Of a stretch of DNA of 64,000 nucleotides, positions 47,571 to 60,556 are shown piece by piece. This DNA comes from Callorhinchus milii (lineage: Eukaryota). The stretch covers positions 70,186,001-70,250,000 of the forward strand of contig NW_024704742.1 in assembly GCF_018977255.1 (NCBI RefSeq), given 5' to 3'. Within the stretch, counting starts at the first letter, position 1. Each line of letters starts with the position of its first letter. A program made the position numbers and the translations under genes. Under the pieces are notes generated by a model. That model was not told the DNA's origin. It searched no databases and saw only the letters and a program-made list of their open reading frames with translations.

Positions 47571-48489
47571 TTATTAGACGTTGGATGGATGGATGGATGG
47601 AGTCATGACTCGATGTAGAACTATCCGTAAGACCCTCGCTGGCAATCCGTGGAGCATGTCAAAGCGCTCCGAGATGGCCTCCTGCCCACACCACCACTCT
47701 GAGGAAAGGCACTAGACAAATACAAATTGTCGTTGTGTATCATCAAGATGGAACAGTAAACTGTACTTTTTCAGTTTTTGTCAGCGAGAGGACTTGGGTT
47801 CAATTTCTGGGCACTGCGAAATTTTGGGCAAGTTTCCTTACTCTACACGCCTCGGTTTACCAAGCAATAAGTATGAAACCGGTTGTTAGCTGATTGACGG
47901 ATCGCTTTCTGGGGATAATAATCCCTCCCAAAAAAGTTTGGTTGCTAAATCCACTACTTTGTTGGACACTGCTGTGCGCAATTGGCTGCCGCATTTCGCC
48001 CACAAAATATACAGTCAATTCACTTTACAATATATTCTGTGAAGCCCTTTGAGACGTCTCAAACATGTGATAAGGCGCTATATCAAATGCAAGAATTATT
48101 GTTATATATTATTATATGGAAGTGCTTCACACTACACCACTTACAAGTGCAGTGACTTTTTAACCTGGTATCTGGGTTGGCCATACCCTTTTCAGTGCCT
48201 TGGGATGTCCTCCCAACATGAAAGCAGCAATATAAATGTAAATTTGTTGATGTTGTTTCCATCCCTGCTATCTGCTCAGACTCACCTTCCCAACAACAAC
48301 AACTTGCACTTATATAGCATCCTTCATGCTGGATGGCAATTTGGGCGCTTAATAGTGCCCAATGCCGAGCCAGGGGGAGGGGGGAGATGGCGCGGTAAGC
48401 ACGGTCGAAGGAAAAGGTCTTCAAGTGCGTCCTGAAAATGGGGAGAGAGGGAGCTGACCTGTCCCTCTCCCAGCCATCCCTCACCGTTA

Positions 48490-48660
48490 TAACGGAATGC
48501 CAAACTTCCAGGTCGTTAGCTCACTGCTGATGTCACTTCCTGCATATTGCGCAGGAATAGCCCTCGGTGTAACTTCCTGCGCACACGCACAGGAAGCACC
48601 GCCAATGTCGCTTCCTTCACAACGCGCGAGCTGAGCAGCACGCAGGAAGTCACATCACAA
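48490..48660. promoter_or_regulatory. ETS-motif cluster, candidate enhancer
   Basis: Eight GGAA/TTCC cores in about 160 bp, three of them perfect ACTTCCTG/CAGGAAGT, in CpG-rich unique sequence. Confidence 0.45.
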
Positions 48661-49162
48661 AGCAGGACGTTGCCCGTTTTATTTGGGGAGTGCGGGTTGT
48701 CAACCTGTCCGCACTGGGAGCCACACACACAACCAGATTCCACAGGAGACTCTGGTTATAAGAAAACTCCTGCTCCAGTGAAATGTTTGATAAACGGAGG
48801 TCGCCCTTGATTTGGAGGCAAAGACGGAAGCCAATTTACAAACCGCCATGAAGTGAATGGTGAAGTTTTCAAAAGGAATTGTTGGTCAGGATACCAGGAA
48901 AATCTCTCTTCCAATCGCGCCGTGGGATTTTATTACAGTGACAGATGGGAGTTCCCTTGGGTCACTCTGAATTATAATCAGAATAATGATGACAACAATT
49001 TTTAAATTTGATGCAGCTTTTTGTAGTAATAATAATCCCTGCATTTGATATAGCGCCTTATCATGTCTTCAAGACGCTTCGAACCACAATTGACTGTATA
49101 TTTGTGGGTGAATCGCAGCAGCCAATTGCACACGGCAGTGTCCCACAAACAGTCGTGGATTG

Positions 49163-49246
<84 letters not shown>

Positions 49247-49313
49247 GGTTGGTTGGTTGGTTGGTTGGTTGGTTGGTTGGTTGGTTGGTTGGTTGGTTGG
49301 TTGGTTGGTTAGT
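49163..49313. repeat. Compound microsatellite (AGTT)n-(GGTT)n inside a family B SINE
   Basis: Direct reading. Confidence 0.97.
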
Positions 49314-52300
49314 TGTTTGTTTATTTATTCATTTTTGAAGGGATTGCTACCCTCAGAAAAGTGATCCGTCAATCAACTAACAACCAAGTTCCTACTTACA
49401 GCTCGATCAACAGAGGTGTGTGGAATAAGGGAACTTGCCTAAGGTATCACCCTGCGCAGGAATCGTATCCTGGTCCTCTCACTTGTAAGACAAGCACACT
49501 AAGCGATATGCTGCAGGATTGCCTGTGAGTGAACATTTGGTTAACAAATGGAGTTTCTCTTGCTTTTGCCCACACGTACTTTTTTGCATACCAGGGATTC
49601 ATTTTAAAGGAATCTGGTTATGTCATACCACAGATTAGACTGGAAAAGTGCTTTTAATTTACTCTCGCCTCTGAGTCAGAAAATTGAGAATTCAAAATTT
49701 AAGGTTGGGATTTTTTTACTCACAGCTGACACAGCAGTGCAGTGCTGCGGGGAGACCCCTGCATTGTCGGAGGTGCTGTCCTTCAGATGAGAGGATTGGA
49801 GCACTCGCCTCGCGAGCGAGAGACCCGGGTTTGATTCCCAGCAGGGCAAAACGATGGGTAAGTTTCCTTACTCCTCACGCCTCTGTTTACCTCGAAGTAA
49901 GTAGGAATTCTGTTGTTAGTCGATTGGAGGATCACTTTTGTGGAGGTAATAATTCCTTCAAAAAAAATAATAAATTGGTCACTTCAATCCATGCCTCTTT
50001 GTGGGACACTGCTATGCACCAATTGCCTGACAAAATATACAGTCACTACACTCCACCAATTCCTCTGAAGCACTTTGAGATGTCTCAATGGCATTATAAG
50101 ATGCTATGTCCCTAAATCCCTCCATGGTCTCACCTCCACACTAGCTCTGTGATCTCCTCAAGCTGTAATGGCCTGGCCACTCCCTCCACTCAGGGGGCAC
50201 CAGCCTGCTTCACGTCCCCCCTGCCCGCCCCAACATTGTCAGGTGAGCTTTCAGCCGGTCAGCCCCAGTTCTCTGGAACTCCATCCAAGATTCCTTCGTT
50301 CAAGGTCTGTGTCAAGACCTACCTCTTTGACCGTGCTGTTGGTCATCTTTCTCCTCCCCCTACCCAGTCCCCTTCCCCCTCAGCTCCCAGCTCGGGTTCC
50401 TGGTCAGCAATGTGAGGCAGTTTGAGACATCCTCCTGACAAGGAAAGCGCTGTATAAATGTAAATTGTAAATGTCAGCTCCCTGTCACTGTCTCAGCCAT
50501 TATATTCGCTTTAATACCACGATTCCCAAATTCCCGTGTTGTCCTGTAGCATAGTAGTTAAAGCACTCGCCTCACAAGCAAAAGGACCTGGGTTCGATTC
50601 CCGGGCAGGGCAAAATCATAAGTAAGTTTCCTTACTCCACATGCCTTTGTTTACCTAGCATTAATTAGTAACCCAGTTGTTAGTTGATTGGGGGATCGCT
50701 TTCCGGGGGTAATAATCCCTTAAAAAAAATTGGGTCACTCAATCCACCACTGTTTGTGGGACACTGCTATGTGCAATTGGCTGCCACGTTTTGCCCATAA
50801 AATATACAGTCAATTCACTTTACAATATATTCTATGAAGCGCTTTGAGACGCCTTAATGACGGGATAAAGCGTTATATTAAATGTAAGAATTATTATTAT
50901 GTTCTTAGGCTGAAAACCATTGCCTTAAATTTAAGATGGTGCAGGGTTCTTTTTGAAGGGTGGGGAGAATAAAAACTTAAATTTTGTGGTAATTTGGAAA
51001 CAATATTGAGGAGTGCCCGAAACGTGCCCATGAAAACCACCTTCCAGATTCTGAGTGAAGGACTATTTTTTTTCCCCAAAATTCCATGTGCTCCTTAAAT
51101 TGAGTCTTGATTTGGAAAATGATTTCATGCGATTTGATCTCAGGCCACTTCGAGGAAACTGGTTGGGAATTAAAGCTGAATTCCAGACTTTTCCCCCAAA
51201 ATTTCACATTTCAACCAGTGTCGTGGGGGGTTGGGGAGCGTGGGGGGCTGGTTAGGGGTTAGGGACGTTTGTATGAGATGTTGTAGCTCAGTGGTTAGAG
51301 CATTGGCCTCGCAAGCAAGGGGACCTAGGTTCGAATCCCGGCAAGCGAAACCTTAAGCACGTTTCCTTACTCCACACGCCTCTGTTTACCTAGCAGTAAG
51401 TAGGAACCCAGTTGTTGGTCGATTGACAGATTGTTTTCTGGCGGAAATAAAAAAAAATGTGGTCACTCAATCCACAACTGTTTGTGGACAGACACTGCTT
51501 TGTGCAATTGGCTCCTGAGTTTTGCCCATAAAATGCACAGTCAATACACATTGCAATATATTCTGTGAAGCTCTTTGAGATATCTTAACGATGTGATAAG
51601 GAGCAAATGCAAGGATTATTATTATTGTGGGACATTACTGTGCGCAAATTGGCTACTGCGTTTGCCACAAAATACAGTCATTGCACTTTACACTAAAATC
51701 TTGTATTGCTCTCTGAGACGTGCTCCCAATTTATAAGGCGCTGTAGAAAAGCAAGGATAGTGATTTTTTTTCTTGAAATTCAAGGTGGCTCATTCTGGTT
51801 TGGAAGCCGAAATCTCCTGTTTTTTTAAGAACAGCAGAAATAAACACACAGCTTCCAAATTGAGACTGGATTTAACAGCACGTACCACAAATATCTCAAA
51901 GGCTGAGCCCAAGTGAAAATTTGGGATTTCGTATTTTAAAGTATTATCCAATTCCTCGCCCCCCAAAAAACCCCAGCCCATAATAATAATAATCTTTGTA
52001 TTGTCTTTCATATTGGCAGGAAGTCTCAAAGTATTTCACATATTCACTTTAACGTGTAGTGACTATGTATTTTGTGGCCTCATCTGAAGGACAGTACCTC
52101 TGACAATGATACGCTCTCCCGAGCATTGTAATAGAGCATCTGCCTGGACCATGTGAATTCAATGTCATTGGGGACTTGAACCCATAATCTTGTGACTCAG
52201 AGATGAGAAGTCTTACCAGTTTGTCATGATATGAAACCACAACTGAGTTTCAGTCTAAAATTTATCAAATTACACATTTTGATCATGTTTCATCCATCGC

Positions 52301-55300
52301 CTTAATCCACTTTCGTTTTCCCTATCCTTCGGCATCTACAGACAGTTTAGGATTCCTCCTTTTGATATCTGATCTAAAATCTTCACAATAGATTTTAATT
52401 TCAGTGGAAGTTTAATTTACTCCATTGACCTTTCTAAGCTCCTTCCTGTGATTTTTTTGGGTGCTGGGGGCGAAACAAATTAGGTGGCATGTCCTCTGTG
52501 TAGATAATAATACTACTGCTACTCATAATAATAACCCTTGCATTTGATATAGCGCCTTATCAAGTCATGTAGACGTCTCAAAGCATTTCACAGAATATAC
52601 TGTAAAATGGATTGACTGAGTATTTTGTGTATGAAACACTACAGTCAATTGCACACAGCAGAAGCAACAAACAGTCATGGATTGAGTGATCAATTTTTTT
52701 AGGTAATTATTACCCCTGGAAAGTGATCCGCCAATCAATTAACAACTGAGTTTCTACTTACTGCTAGATACATAGAGGCATATGGAGAAAGGAAACTTGC
52801 CTGGGAATTGAACCCGCGTCCTCTCGCTTGTGCTATGAGACTCCGCAAATTCAGAATGGGAACAAGCTATGGCACGTTTTATAATGTTCTCCCCTTACTC
52901 CCTCCTACGCCCCTGCGTCCTGTCCTCCACCCCAGAGGAGATCAGCTGAGTCAGCAATTCTCTGATTGGGATAACATAGCAATTCCCGATTGGCATAGCT
53001 CAATACCAAACTCACTAGGATCCAGATTGACTTCTGCCCTGCTAATGGTTAGTGAGAGGGCAGTAGAGGAAGAGGGGAGTGAGCTTTTTGAAACAATGCT
53101 TTGGTTCAGTGGGTGCTGGGGAAAATACTGATGGCCACAGAGAGGAGCCAGTGGTAAGACCAGATAGTGTCTTAACACTGTGGAGTCCTGTAGTGTAGTG
53201 GTCAGAGCACTTGACTCGCAAGCGAGAGGACCTGGGTTTGATTCCCAGGTGGGGCAAAACTTTGGGCAAATTTTCTTACTCCACATGCCTCTGTTTACCT
53301 AGCAGTAAGTTAAAACCCAGTTGTTAGTCAATTGGCAGAGCATTTTCCTGGGGTAATAATCCCTTCAAATAAAATAAAACAATAATAATTTGGTCACTCA
53401 ATCCATAGATGTTTGTGGGACACTGCTGTGTGCAATTGGCTGCCGCGTTTCACCCACAAAGTATACAGTAAATTCACTTTACAGTGTATTCTGAGAAGTG
53501 CCTTGAGATGTCTCAACAGCGTGATATGGCACTATATGAAATGCGATAATGATATAAATCTTTGCATTTGATATGATAATAAGGTCCCTTATAAGCAGAC
53601 GAGGCCTCAGTTTAATGTATCACCCAAAGCACGACACCTCCAACAACAGCACTCTACAGCACTGCGCTGGGGGGGTCAGCCTAGACTGTGACTGTGTGAG
53701 CTTAAAATCCAGACCCGGGGCTTGAACCCACCACCCTCTGTCTCAGAGAGAGCTAAGTGAGGGAGAAGAAAAAAACGTCAACTTCACAAACAACGAATAG
53801 GAAAAAGAACTTTCCTTTTTTAATCTTGGTTCCTTTAACTGGCTGGCCTGCGTGATTCCCATCTCTAAAACAAGAAGCTATTTAACTAAGAAGCTGGGGT
53901 GGTGTGACAGGTTTGTAAAGTTTCTGACAGAGGTAATGTGGGGAAGATGGAACTCCCAGCTGGTGGGTCTGGATCAGTGTGTGTCCAAGGGACACTCCCC
54001 CTCCATATCATGGAGCCCTGTAGTGTAGTGGTTAAGCGCTCACCTCGCAAGTGAGAGGACCCGGGTTCAATTCCCAGATGGGACGAAACCTGAGGCAATT
54101 TCCTCACTCCACACACCTCTGTTTACCTAGCAGTAAGTAGGAACCCGCTTGTCAGTCAATTGTCGAATCGCTTTTTCGGAGGTAATAATCCCTTCAAAAC
54201 ATTATTTAAAAAATAATAAATTGGTCACTCAATCCACGCCTGTTTGTGGGACATTGCTGTGTGCAATTGGCTGCCGCATTTGGCCCACAATATATATAGT
54301 CAATTCACTTTACAGTATATTCTGTGAAGCGCTTTGAGAAGTCTAGAAGACGTGATAAGGTGCTATATCAAATGCAAACCTTATTTTTTTTTGGATTATT
54401 ATTATCTCAGAGATGATAGGCTTCTGGTGGTCAGTGGAGATTTGACTCTTATTCTTGGGGTGGGGTGGTGGTTGGAAAGAAAGCAGGGATTTTGTTACAG
54501 CTGAACTGGTTCCCAGGGTGAGATGCTTGGTATCCAACTGTCGGAATCCAGGCCACCCTCTGTGGTGATCTCGTGCCTGGTTCCTGAATTAGGTGGGTCT
54601 TCAGTACCCCAGGGCAATGGGTTTCCTGTATCAGACACCTGACAATGTGAAATCAGCTATCGCCAGTTGAATGACAGAAAGTGAGTAATTAACTCAGAAA
54701 ATTGCATAATGCCTTACATTATATTACAGTTCAATAAGCGACCAGGTCTCCAGAAAGCCCCAGACCTATTGCATTCACATCCTCCTGATGGAGCAAACAT
54801 CTAGAGGAAAGCTTACGAAGGTTTCTCAATCTGACTCAGTTTTCATAGAATATAAAGGCTTCAGAGAGATTTCATGTCCCAATGTCTGTGCTGATTGGGT
54901 TTGCAATCCTTGCATTTCATATAGTGCCTCATCAAGTTTTCAAGACGTATCAAAGTGCTTCACAGACTAAGTCTACGTAAAGTGAATTGACTGTATATTT
55001 TGTGGGTGAAACACGACGGCCAATTGCGCACAGCAGTGTCCCACAAACAATTGTGGATTGAGTGAGCAATTTATTTTTCTCTGAAGGAATTATTACCACT
55101 GGGAAAGCAATCTGACAATCAACTAACAACCGGGTTCCAACTTCCTAGGTAAACACAGGTATGTGGAATAAGGAAACTTGACCAACGTTTTGCTATGGCC
55201 GGAATCTTTAATGTCGACCTGAACAGGCATCTGTTTAAAGTCTCATCCGAAGGACGGCACTTCCGACAATACAACGCTCTCCACAGCACTGCATTGGATT

Positions 55301-57094
55301 GTCAGCCTGGACTGTGAGCTCAAAGACCTGATGTGGAGACTTGAACCCACAGCCTTTATGAATTGAAGGCGAGATCGCTAACTCACTGAGCCAGGCTGAG
55401 ACTCCTGTTAGAAACTAAGTCGTATTCTGTGAGCCCATCACTGACATCCTTACCACCAATTGGTGGATTGGTGGATTGGTGGATTACCGCTTGTTATCCC
55501 TCAGGGATCTAAAGTACGACCCTCACTTTCAAATACCTCTGTGACCTTGATCCACCCTAACACTACGGTTTCTTTCTGTCTTGTCCCTCTACCCAAACCC
55601 CGCTCCTAGTCACCTCAGCTGGGCTCAGTCAGAAGCTTTCACAACCAGATTGTGTCTTATCACTCATCGAATCACATTTGGCACTAAAATCTGGTTCAGT
55701 AGGAGCACTCCAGCCTCTAGGTTAGAGGGTTGTGGGTTCAAGCCCTACATTGGGACTTTGAATTCACAATCTAGGCTGATGCTTTAGTTCAGCACTGCAT
55801 TGTCGAAGTTGGCGTCCTTCGGATGAGACGTTAAACTGAGGGCCGGTCTTTGCCTGTTCCAGTGTCTTTAAAGATTACATGGCATTATTGGAAAAAAGAA
55901 CAGAGTTTCTCTCTCCCGGAATTTCTCTGTCCTGGTCAACAATTCCCCAGGTAAAATTAGTCACTCATTTCACAGCTGTTTATGGGACATCGCTGTGTGC
56001 AAATTGGCTTCTGCATTCGCCCACGAAATACACATTCACTACACTTTATAGTAAATCCTGTGAAAGCGCATTGAGATGTGCTCGGGCCATGAAAGGAGCT
56101 GTGTCAAATACTTGGATGATTGTTTATTATCGTCAGTTTGTGGGTAATTGTTAGTTTAACACAGGTTGTCTGTTCCTTGCAAAGTTCTGGGTGACCTTTT
56201 TGAAATTATAGGAATGATATCAAAAGCAAAAATTGTCATAATAATAATCCTTGCGTTTGATATAACGCCTTATCATGTTGTCAAGACGTGAATCTCAAAG
56301 CACTTCGCAGAATATACTGCAAAGTGAATTGACTCTGTTTTTTGCAGGCGAAACGTGGCAGCCAATCACGCACAGCAGTGTCCCACAAACAGTCGTGGAT
56401 TGAGTGACAACTACATAAAAAAAATTTGGAAGGGATTATAAAGCGCTCTGGGACGATACCCTGTGTGAGTGGCGTGATATAAATGCAAGTTGTTGTTGTT
56501 GTTATTACCCTCAGAAAGTGAACCGCCAATCGAATAACAACCGGGTTCCTACTTATTGCTCTACCCATGACATTACATGACACTCCATGTTCAACTCTGG
56601 TATCCTGTCTGTGCCTGTTCGAGTGGACATTAAAGATCCAGTGGGTCACGATAGGGGGTTAATTGCCCCATTTTTCTATGTCAGTTTTTGCTCCTCCATG
56701 GAAGCTTTCCATTTTATTGCCAACCCCTATTCTCTCCCCATACCCTCCAATCCCACAAAATAGCACAATCTCACCACTATACAGTAAATCATATGAAGAG
56801 CTTTGAGATACCTCAATGATATGATAAGGCACTTCATCAAATGCAAGGATTATTATTATTGTCTAATTCTCTCTTATATGTCCACAATCAACTCTGGTCC
56901 CACAGCTATCCCAGGCAAATCATTCTCCACCCTGACAACCCTCTAGAGAAAAAGTTTCTCTGAGCCTCTCCTGTTTCTCCCCAACCCACCTTTGTGAACT
57001 CATGCCCCACTTTGCTCAAGCCCCGCCCAGCGGCAAGAGTATTTCACGTTTAACTCTCTCACTGAGTAGAAAATTCAGCAATCTGAATTCAAAA

Positions 57095-57530
57095 TAAATA
57101 ACAATCCTTGTATTTGATACAGAGACTTTTACGTCATTGAGACATTTCAAAGCGTTTCCCAGGGTCTACTGTAAACTGGTTGAATGTTTTTGTGGGAGAA
57201 ACGCGGCAGCCAATTTGTACACAGCCATGTCCCACAAACAGCTATGGAGTGACTGACCATTTTTATATGGAGAATTGTTGGCCAGAACGTTGGGAGAGAG
57301 AAACTCCATTCACCTTTCGAATAGCGCCATGGGATCTTAAATGTCCAGTAGAACAGGTACAGAAGGGGCCTCAGGTTAACATCTCATCTGAAGAATGGCA
57401 TGTCCAACAATACAACGCAACCCCAGCACTGCATTGGAGCATCAGATTACACTATATGATTCCAATTCCCATTGTGGAGCTTGAACACACAACCTTCTGA
57501 CTCAGGAGCAGAGTGTTACCACAGCTAGGC
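57095..57530 (-). mobile_element. DeuSINE family C copy (others near 14070, 17556, 34305, 55690 and 60560)
   Basis: Reverse-complement head, core and tail. Confidence 0.7.
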
Positions 57531-58000
57531 TAAATAATAATAATAATTCTGGCATTTGATAGAGTGCCTTATCATGTCTTTGAGCACTTCACAGAATATA
57601 CTGCAAAGTGAATTGACTGTGTGTTTTGTGGGTGGAACGTGGCAGCTAATTGCACACAGTACTGTCCCACAATCAGTCATGGATTGACTGCATGAGTGAC
57701 CACATTTTTTTTTGAGAGATTATTGTCCCCAGAAAGCAATCCACTAATCAACTAACAATCGGGTTCCTACTTACTGCTAGGTGAACTGAGGCGTGTGGAC
57801 TAAAGAAACTTGCCCAATGTTCCCCCTGCCGGAGAATTGAACCTGGATCCTTTTGCTTGCAAGGCGAGTGCTCTAACCACTACGTTACAGGACTCCACAA
57901 CGAATGCGAATGACAGGTAGAGATGGAATTCATTCGCTCAGGCAGTAAGCCGACCCCACTTTTACCAAAGACGTTACCAGTTGGTTGAGGCCAGAACACT

Positions 58001-58385
58001 GGGTTAAGCTATGAGCACCGATTAGACAAGCTAAGGCTCTTCAGTCTTGAGAGAAGACAACTCAATAACAACAACAACTTGCATTTATATAGCGCCCCTC
58101 ACACAGGGTAGCGTCCCAGAGTGCTTGACACTGGCGGAGCAGAGGGGACCTCATAGAGGTGTATAAAATTTTAAATGCAATTGAAAAAGTAAACCTAGAT
58201 CATTACTTTAAGTAAGACAGTAGAACAAGAGGACACGTGTTTAGAGTTGTAAAGGGGCAATTTCAGACCAGATGGCAGGAAGTTTTTCTTTACCCAGAGG
58301 ATAATTAATAACTGGACAAGTTTGTCACAAAGGGAGGCTGAGAGCAGGACACTGGAAGCCATCTAAAAAGCAGCTCGAAACTGTA
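58001..58385 (+). mobile_element. CR1 LINE ORF2 3' fragment, interrupted by an inverted L2 tail (~58064-58142)
   Basis: LSYEHRLDKLRLFSLERRQL ... RGDLIEVYKILNAIEKVN ... SRTRGH, the hallmark CR1 C-terminal motifs. Confidence 0.85.
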
Positions 58386-60233
58386 ATAAATAAAATAATA
58401 AATAATCCTTGCCTTTGATATAGAGCTTTTCACGTCTTCTAGACAACTCAAAGCGCTTCACAGAATATACTGTAAAGTAAATTGACCGAATATTTGTGGG
58501 TGAAACTCGGCAGCCAATTGCGCACAGCAGTGTCCCACAAACAGTTGTAGCTTGAGGGACCAAATTATTATTTATTATTATAAAAATAAGTGATGGGGGC
58601 GATGTACTGGAGGGATGAAATCAGAAGGGCATTCTTCATCCAGAAAAATATAATATACTATGGACACTTTCTCCCAGTGACAATCCCCCAGATAAAATTG
58701 ATCATTCACTCCATGGCTATTTGTGGGATACTGCTGTGTGCAAATTGGCTGCCATATTATGCCCACAAAATTCGACATAGCGCCTTACCACATCTTCGAA
58801 ACATCTCAAAGCACTTCACAGAATATACAGTAAATTAATTGTATATTGTGTGGGTGAAACGTGGCAGCCAATTGCACACAGCAATGTCCAACAAATAATC
58901 AGGGATTGAGTGACCAAATTCCTTTTTTTAAGGTATTATTATCCCAGAAAGCGATCTGTCAATCGACTAACAACCAGATTCCTACTAACTGCTTGGTAAA
59001 CGGAGGCATTTAGGGTAAGGAAACTTGCCTAAGGTTTCACCCTGCCGGGAATCGAAATTGCGACCTCTCACTCTAACCAATACACTACAGGACTTTACAA
59101 TCTTGTGACTGTGATTTGTGACTCATTTATGGAACATCTCGGAGCTGGGATGGAGGACAGTAGGGTGGTTGTTCTGGAAGGGGAGATTAGTTGGGTTGAA
59201 GGCCTGTCATCACCCGAGCCAGCTTTGTGGTCCTGTGTAAGACCTTCAGAAATTCCAGACTATGAGCATCTTGTCTCCTTGACCTTTAACACATCATCAC
59301 AGAAACCTCACAAGTTTTTGAACATGATCTTAGCACAGACTAAGAGGGGGATTAACCTCTTCAGGGAAGCCAGCGCAGAGTCAGCAAGCTTCTCTCAGCC
59401 AGTCGTTGAGACATCCACTGTGGGAAAAGACGGCAGATTCCAATTTCCCCGCGTTATCTAATCTCAGGCAATGCCGGGCTGATTGTCTGTCTACGTGGTT
59501 GTGTGCGTGTGTGTATAGAGTCATGTGAAGGGATTATTCTTCTGTTTTTCCAGGGCTAATAATCCCTTCAAAAAAAATGTGGTCACCTAATCCATGACTG
59601 TTTGTGGGACACTGCTGTGCACAATTGGCTGCTGCCCTTTGTCCACCAACTATACATTCAATTCACTTTACAGTATATTCTGTGAAGCGCTTTGAGACGT
59701 CTCAACAATGTACAAGGCGCTATATTGAATGCAAGGATTATTATTATATTATTACTGCCTCCCCCAGGTTAGAAATCAGAAAAGGTTTCCTTCTCCCTAG
59801 TCGCTGAATCAGTATCACTCAGATGGTAGCGCTTCTGCTTCTAACCCAGTTAATAATGAATAATACTTCCATTTTTCGCCCACATATTACAAAGTCAATC
59901 CACTTTACAATATATTCATAGAATCATACAGAATCTTTCAACACAGGAAGCCATTTGGCCCATCATGCCTGTGCTGGCTCATTGAAAGAACTATCCAACC
60001 AGTCCTACTTCCCTAGCAAATGTTTTCTTTTCAAGTGCCTATCCAATTCCCGTTCAAAAGTTATTATCAGCCTTTCAGACAGTGCATTCCAGATTGTAAC
60101 AACTCTCTACGTGAAAAAATGTTCTCCTCGTCTCCCCTCTGACTGTTATCATGATCTGTAAAGCTCTTTGAGACGTCTCAACGATGTGATAAGGCATTAC
60201 ATCAAAATCAAGCATTATTAATATTATTATACT

Positions 60234-60556
60234 TGGAGTCCTGTAGCTCAGTGGTTAGAGCACTCGCTTTGCAAGCGAGACACCTGAGTTCAATTCCAGG
60301 CAGAGCGAAACCTTGGGCAAGTTTCCTTACTCCACACAGAGCCTAATAATAATCCCTCCAAAACCAAAAACAATAATAAATTGATCATTTTCAAACCACG
60401 ACCGTTTGTGGGACATTGCTGTGCGCAATTGGCTGCCGCGTTCACCCACAAATATACAGTCAATTCACTTTACAGTGTGTTCTGTGAAGCGCTTTGGGAC
60501 GTCCTCCCGACGTGAAAAGCGCTATATCAAATGCAAGGATTATTATTATTATTATT
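60234..60556 (+). mobile_element. tRNA-derived SINE family A
   Basis: Full-length copy nearly identical to 16228-16554. Confidence 0.9.

Noticed and set aside
59105..59461. 118-aa ORF in unique sequence
   Set aside because: Non-ATG start, no recognisable homology and no convincing splice sites.
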